From assembly GCA_045837725.1 (NCBI GenBank), contig JBEWZL010000062.1:62001-91763 (forward strand): a stretch of 29,763 nucleotides of DNA. Reading direction: 5' to 3'. This DNA is from Vermamoeba vermiformis. Its lineage: Eukaryota. Below the pieces are notes generated by a model, which searched no databases, was not told the DNA's origin, and worked only from the letters and a program-made list of their open reading frames with translations. Shown here piece after piece: positions 23,917-29,763 of this stretch. Made by a program: the position numbers and the translations under genes. Position 1 is the first letter of the stretch, and every line of letters begins with the position of its first letter.

Positions 23917-25023
23917 TTAGAACAAGACCAGCGCAGCAGCAACGCAGAGAGCGCTAGCAGAAATGATCGTCGAAGCAGTACTAGTGCCGGGCGTTTGAGT
24001 TGCTGGCTTACCACTCGGACCATTCGTATTGCCAGAAGGACCATTGGCACTGCCGGAAGGAGTATTTGTATTGTCAGAAGGAGTGTTCGTAGCACCTGCC
24101 AAATAAAATTAATATAAATTTATGCAATGCTTCGATAAGCGATGTTTTTGCCTTAATCCAGTTCCGTTCGGTCGTAAATCATTATTATTTAATGCAGTGA
24201 ATAATTAATGAATATTCTTTTGTTCGCTTACTTGGGGCAGAGGGAGGAAGAGCGACACATCCGGATTGCACGAAAGACAGACCAAAATCTGCGCTGTAAG
24301 CGCACTCTTCAGTCGCAGAGATTTCAGCGCACAGTGGTGCTGAATCAGGACACAACGTAGCGCCGAGCACGCCCTGTGAAGAGCACGTGGTGTTGACGTG
24401 GATCACTTGATCGTCCACGGAATCCCATGAAACCAAGCCAAAAAAGATACCATTATAGTTTTCGGCGACTATATAATGATATAATTAGAAAGAGAATCGT
24501 TTTCAAGAGTTTTATACTGTCAGAAAAGAAAATCGGGACGGATTCACAAAAAAAGATTTTTCAGCGTTAATTAATTTCAAAATTATAGAATTCCTCTTAT
24601 GCAATGTTATACTTACAGTAGTGCACTTGAATGGGCTCAACGGAGCAGTTTTCTGCGTTGTAGGTCGTAATTACAACCGGCAAGGATTCAGTTTCAGTCA
24701 AATTAGGAGGCAACAGACTCTTGCAATAGGGCGCATAGTATATAGAATGGGGTTCGTAGCCTTGAAGAACCTGGCATTGGAAGGATTGGGCTACTTCTTC
24801 AGCAGATCTTGCCACATCGCACCATCTTCTTCCGGATGTCTGAAAACAGTCGATTAAATTCCATCTAAGATTATATTTTTATTATAATATTACGTACCAC
24901 TTGTACGGCAACAGGAGTGGTGCAATTGCTGTCAGAATAGGTCACATAGTAAAGCCAATCCGCTGCGCTAACAACAGAGACGCAAGCAATTAAAAACAAA
25001 GACCTAATCAATAACTTTTGCAT
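23917..25023 (-). CDS. Small secreted Cys-containing, probably GPI-anchored surface protein, 4 exons
   Basis: Signal peptide MQKLLIRSLFLIACVSVVSA. Internally repeated motif YYVTYSDSNCTTPVAVQ / VITTYNAENCSVEPIQV, a P/S/T/N/G stalk and a hydrophobic terminus STASTIISASALCVAAALVLF*. Junctions are canonical and in frame. Confidence 0.82.
24007..24092 (-). repeat. Four 21-nt (7-aa) degenerate tandem repeats in the stalk: TNTPSDN/TNTPSGS/ANGPSGN/TNGPSGK
   Basis: Read directly from the last exon of the gene at 23917-25023. Confidence 0.8.
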
Positions 25024-25032
25024 GTTATGTAT

Positions 25033-25302
25033 TATAGCCAAACAATAGTTAGTGTAAAAAGATGCTACTCCTGCCAATCAAAATGACAGCAGTAATCACC
25101 ACTACTATAATTCTGCCAAATCGCGGCGGAAGTGCCCGTCACCGGAAGGACAACGCCCCAGGCGGCACCAGGTGGCCAAAGGGGGGCGCGGACGAAAAAG
25201 AGGAGACGGGGCACCGCAGCCACAGCGAAAAGGCCCCCGCCCGGCCAATTGGGGCGGCGGGGGCTCGTGGGTACGGTATTGTTTGGCTATACTACTGTAA
25301 TT
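25033..25302. repeat. GC-rich structured island (25121-25270) bracketed by a 15-bp perfect inverted repeat and a 12-bp near-direct repeat; possible MITE/SINE-like insertion or structured leader
   Basis: TATAGCCAAACAATA (25033-25047) is the reverse complement of TATTGTTTGGCTATA (25277-25291). ACTACTATAATT (25101-25112) vs ACTACTGTAATT (25291-25302). Core is 109/150 G+C by hand count, with internal hairpins. Confidence 0.6.
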
Positions 25303-25356
25303 GCAGTAAATAAACAACAAACGCAACGATTTTGCTTTAAAATGGAATTCTAAAAG

Positions 25357-25377
25357 TGACACGTGTCATTGTGACAG
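25357..25377. promoter_or_regulatory. TGACACGTGTCA palindrome with adjacent TGACAG, about 330 bp upstream of the ATG at 25023
   Basis: Third perfect copy of the 12-bp palindrome (25357-25368), located in the upstream region of a gene. Confidence 0.45.
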
Positions 25378-25754
25378 CCAGGAACGTTCCTTGAACCGCA
25401 ACACGGATAATATTCATTAATTATTATATACTAATAAATTGAGCAGTTTCGTATCCTACTCATCGCTGCCTTGATTTGCCGCAGATCTGCTAATCGATAA
25501 GCAGATCTGTTTCGTTTTTCTATGTTCGGCGGTTCCTTTTTGCTTGTGCTGGAATTTCATATATCACGTCTACTTATAATCGAAATATGTCTTTATCGAT
25601 CGAGACGTACTTCGATAGATGACATCCAGCTATACAATTTTTTTTGGATCTTGCATTTTTTTAAAGGTACAAAACGTTGATTGTTTATACTCGGAATATT
25701 TACACTATTAAAAATTAATATGGCGGTCGTATAGTATAATATGCACAATTCTAT

Positions 25755-28076
25755 TCAATAACCGTTATTATTATTGAACTCGTACTGATGTTGATGCGTC
25801 AGATCCAAATCCGGATCTGGCTCATTCGAAAAATCAGGCTCTAAATCATCGTCATCACCGTTCCATATTATATTAGGACTAGGATTTGTATTCGTTGATG
25901 GACTACTGTCGCTTTGTGATGTTTCCATATTTAGAAACGACGGTGCATTTGCCATGTAATTCATCACTAATCGTTGAATTTCACTGTTCATGTACCAAAT
26001 AAGGCCTAATTAAATAAGATTATATTAGTAAGGCATACATATATATATAAGATAAATATAAGCTTTGGTTATTAAGTTCTCATTTTTAATTGTTTTTGTC
26101 CGAGCTGGATCTACCGTCAATTTAAAATTTGAGAATGGCATTTAGCATATTATATTTAGTATAATATTGCTAATATTTTTCTAACGATCGATCGGTAAAT
26201 TGAATTACACTGCAAATTTTTTTGCGCGACAGATCCATTACTTAATATTTTTCACGAATAATTTTTGATCGTAACAAATAATTAAAGGAATATAGATGAC
26301 ATAGACGAATGAAAATTACTAAATATGGAAGTTATTTTTTCATATCAAACTATTCAACTGCAAAATCGTACCTTGTTTAGATCTCGTTGGTTCTCGATTA
26401 GAGATCGATACCAAATATAGATAATAATCAAATAAGCTCGAAATCCACAATCTGACAGCATTGCTCGGTAATTGCGTGAATGACAGTGCTGTCGTTTGAA
26501 TGTAATTTCCAACGCGATCTGGATCCGGATGTACCCTGCTGATTTCTAGACCACTGCGTATGCCGTATATACAAATAGTATAGTAGTTCTTATGAAAGGA
26601 GTCACTAATGCTATCAATAAGCGGTTCAATTTCTTTCAGCGTATTGTCGATCCAGCTAGATGTCGAAAAAAATAATCAATAAACGAACACCAAATATGCA
26701 TTATTATCATATATAGTAATATTTAAGAGTATAATAATTATTATAAGGTTAAATTACTGCGTTTAAAATGAGTTTTTGACTAATTTTCAGCGCATCTGGA
26801 TTCGATCCCAAATTTTTTGTTACTAAGGTTACGTACTGATAAGCTTCTTCGTTGTAAATAAAATCGGGTAGTGTTACTGAGCAGAAGACGTATATTACTG
26901 TAGCCATAATTTTTTGTTCGTTGCTTTTTAAGCCCTACATCCACGATAAAATAATTATTATCAGCAAAAAATATGATTTTAAGGCTTTGACTTACTTGAT
27001 TCCGCGAGATTTTTTGTAATTTTTGCGTCCATGATACTCGTTGAATAGGATCACTCGAAGCTACGCTTAAATAAGAATATAATCTGAAAATAAATTTCGG
27101 TTAGATCCGGATTCGCCAAAAATTTAAATTTGCGATTAATTATCTTACATATCGAGAATAGGTTCTGATATATTTTGTTCCATAGTGTCCAAAAAGCCTA
27201 ATGTCGTCGAAACTAACGTCTTAATTACGGAATATTTTCCGCTGACTCCAGCGCACATAATTAAATAAAGCACAGTTGACGCCATATTGTTGCTAAAATT
27301 AGGATTGTATTGGGCATCTCTATCGACCAATAGACTCGTTATTATAGACGTTGAAATGCTTTGAAATTGATCCGCCAAATCTGTCAAATTCAGCAACTTC
27401 GTTCCTGTCAAAGCAATTAGCTTATATACTATAGAAATATATAATACGTACCTAGTGTAAATATTGATGCATATTCGCCCATCGGAACTAAAATTTCTAC
27501 GCTCGACGATCGGATGGAGGCAAAAAACTCTTCGGGCAATTGCTCTAAAAACTGCTTCCAATATGTATTTGCGATATCTACGGAATAATCAAATTTAGCT
27601 CCGGGTATGAATGGTCCAATTACGCTAATGAACGTGTCTAAGACGATTTTTGTTGCAGATGTGGATTGCAAAAATTGTTGCGAGTCGGGCGTGAATTGAG
27701 GCTTTCTATCATGTTCATATTTAGCTGCTAATTCCTCGAATTTCTTTTTCCAAAATTGCGCTTGGTTTTTTTGACTTTCAAGCTCGAGTTTTAAAGCATC
27801 AACTTGTCGGGTCAATTGAACGGTCAGATCCAATTTCCTTTTGACGCGCTCTTCTTTTGGTATTAATTGTCTATCATATTGGCACTGTCGGTTTCTTTTT
27901 TTGCATTGAAAGCAAGGAAGTGCCCCATCGCACTTGATCTTCCTTCTATTGCAAAAATCACATGCTGGATGCTTAGAATTATTTTCTTTTTTTCCAGTAA
28001 TTGTTTCTTGATTATTAGAGGTTGAAAAATCTTCAGACAACTCGTCGGATTCACCACGGGGCGAAGTTTTCTCCAT
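25755..28076 (-). CDS. Zn(II)2Cys6 (GAL4-type) binuclear-cluster transcription factor, multi-exon
   Basis: ACDFCNRRKIKCDGALPCFQCKKRNRQCQY (27962-27882) fits C-x2-C-x6-C-x5-C-x2-C-x6-C. It is followed by a coiled-coil segment (LTVQLTRQVDALKLELESQK), a helical middle region over several exons and an acidic tail (GDDDDLEPDFSNEPDPDLDL). Confidence 0.9.
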
Positions 28077-29024
28077 TCCAAATAAACTTTACTGACGCTA
28101 ATAGGTGTATTTACATAGATTACTATTGTTTAGTATCGTTTCATGTCTTAAAATAAATGCCTTGTCATCGTGCGAAAAATGAAATTGTTTCCCGCGTGAT
28201 TTTGATTGTTATTATTAGAATCAAATCGAGATATAACATCCTACCATAAGCACACTCGTGTTAATGATACTATAATACCACGTAGCGATTGGAATTCGGT
28301 AATGTAACGGAGTTTCATAGGGCGACTTTTGGCATTGCAAATTTTACCAGGTTAGATGTCAATCGAATTAATTGACTAATATTTATTTATTTATTTATTA
28401 ATTAGCACAGTTGGTTGAGCGGGATATTATTATCAAACTCTCTATAAATCCATGCATCTAATTTTTTTGGGACTCGCGTTCCCGTGCTGGTTTATTAATT
28501 TAATAGTAATTGTATCCCGAATAATTATTTTGTTCATATTTATTTAATTACAGTTGCATAGTGTCCATATCAAGTTACCGAATACAAAGCCAACGTTCTA
28601 ACCCAGCCCTATCGATGCATTCAGGCAATAGCAAAATAAGGATGCTCTTTGTTCATACGTAGTCTTTTGTACAACGAGCCTGTGCATATAGTTCTCACAA
28701 TTTGAACGAACGCTGGATCCCGTGCCTGAACTCCGGATTTGTTCACTAGTCCAAAAAACCCGTGTACGAAAAATGGGCTGATCGGGCCGAAATTATTTTT
28801 GATGGCCAAATTGATTGGTAATACTGTATTAATCATTCCTGTACCATACAGAAGGATTTTAGTAGATCCGGCCCAAAATCGTTCACGCATTTTTGGATCT
28901 CAACAATTTCACTGCACCTACAACAGATTCTTTTAAGCGCTATCTTTGCTGTCCTCACGAACACAGAGATAACAACGGCGTACCCGAAATCGACGTTTTT
29001 TTATTCAAGTCTAACTAACGATGT

Positions 29025-29763
29025 TCAGTAAACAAGCGCAACCAACAAAAAAAAGTAAGACAACGAAAGCAAAACGATTGGTGTGGTAACAGTCGCAGAT
29101 GACACTCTGCTCTTCGGTGTTGAGTTCTTGGTGGGAGCCGTGCTTGGAGTAGTGACGGGTTCATTACTGTTGGTTTGAGGCGCGTTGTAAGGTGTATTCG
29201 GACCCGCTACTTGACCTTGTTGTTCAGTGCCAGTTGCCACAGTACCCACTGATTGCACTGTTCGTCCGTTGTTGTTGTTTCCTGCGTTGAGGATTTGATT
29301 CAGCGTTGGAGTTGGAAGATTGGCAATCACACGAGCTGATTCAGCGGCACTCAGTTCGTTGCCACTCTGAGCAGCAGTGATCTCGAATGTGATTTGAACG
29401 ATGCTCGTCGCTCTCTTCTTGGTGACTGGCGTCGATGTCACATTCACCACGTTCACTCTGTCGAGTGTCATGTTCAGCACATTGGCGATTCCATCACGAA
29501 TGTTGTCGACATCTGATTGTGTGACATCAGTGCTCGATGTGAAGCTGAGAACGAATGACACGTTCTGAAGACACAACAAACGAGTGTCGGAAGTGTCAAA
29601 GTTGACGGAGTAAGTGCTCAAGAACCACGTGGCACTTCCGGAGTATGAGAACGAGAACGCTGAGTCGGGGTAGAAGTCTGCAATCGGAGGTCAGTTAGAT
29701 TGCCACCAATTGCTTACTTGAACGACCAACAGCGAATGACGTGGGTTGATTTCTGTCATCAAC
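29025..29763 (-). CDS. 3' part of a cell-surface, probably GPI-anchored protein with a SEA-like membrane-proximal module, basic KKR loop and S/T/P stalk; 40-nt intron at 29717-29678; 5' end outside window
   Basis: Spliced frame VDDRNQPTSFAVGRS|NFYPDSAFSFSYSGSATWFL...NIRDGIANVLNMTLDRVNVVNVTSTPVTKKRATSIVQITFEI...SRVSSATVTTPIVLLSLSYFFLLVALVY*; the hydrophobic segment runs to the stop with no cytosolic tail. Confidence 0.8.

Noticed and set aside
25121-25270. GC island as tRNA, 5S, SRP, U snRNA, RNase P/MRP or TPP/cobalamin riboswitch
   Set aside because: I found no T-loop/B-box, SRP helix-8 motif, Sm site or complete riboswitch consensus; left unassigned pending Rfam.
25062-25362. Three overlapping ORFs across the GC island
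   Set aside because: Open only because of high GC; no motifs, splice support or matching codon usage.
28621-28936. ORFs of 89 aa (-) and 65 aa (+) between the Zn-cluster gene and the last gene
   Set aside because: No recognisable motifs or convincing exon structure; more likely 3' UTR or intergenic.
1-29763. CRISPR array, prokaryotic operon or defence island, alternative genetic code
   Set aside because: No repeat-spacer array. ORF fragmentation is explained by canonical spliceosomal introns, and the reconstructed genes end in ordinary TAA or TGA stops.

Overview
AT-rich, intron-dense eukaryotic genomic DNA (GT..AG introns mostly 40-200 nt, standard code, compact intergenic gaps), most plausibly a free-living protist such as an amoebozoan (inference from gene content and intron style only). 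I reconstructed ten spliced genes by hand: a 5'-truncated ABCB-type half transporter (+), an F-box protein (+), a GPI-type PQQ-like beta-propeller/Cys-rich surface protein (-), a CaMK1/MLCK-like kinase with a repeat and coiled-coil tail (+), a PQ-loop transporter with extra TM helices (-), a Sec1/Munc18 protein (-), a triple-RGS-domain protein with a helical, possibly BAR-like N-terminus (+), a small Cys-rich GPI-type protein (-), a Zn(II)2Cys6 transcription factor (-) and a 5'-truncated SEA-like GPI-type surface protein (-). No rRNA, tRNA, CRISPR array or transposase is visible. The best leads are: a recurrent tandem-TGACAC/TGACACGTGTCA element found both upstream of start codons and inside introns (possible internal promoters); a 73%-GC hairpin-rich island bracketed by inverted and direct repeats just upstream of a start codon; a kinase with an Asp at the activation-loop Thr position plus four tandem (L/V)KRExSS sites; the 3xRGS architecture; and apparent GATC enrichment. 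Exon boundaries and counts are manual and need RNA-seq or computational confirmation.
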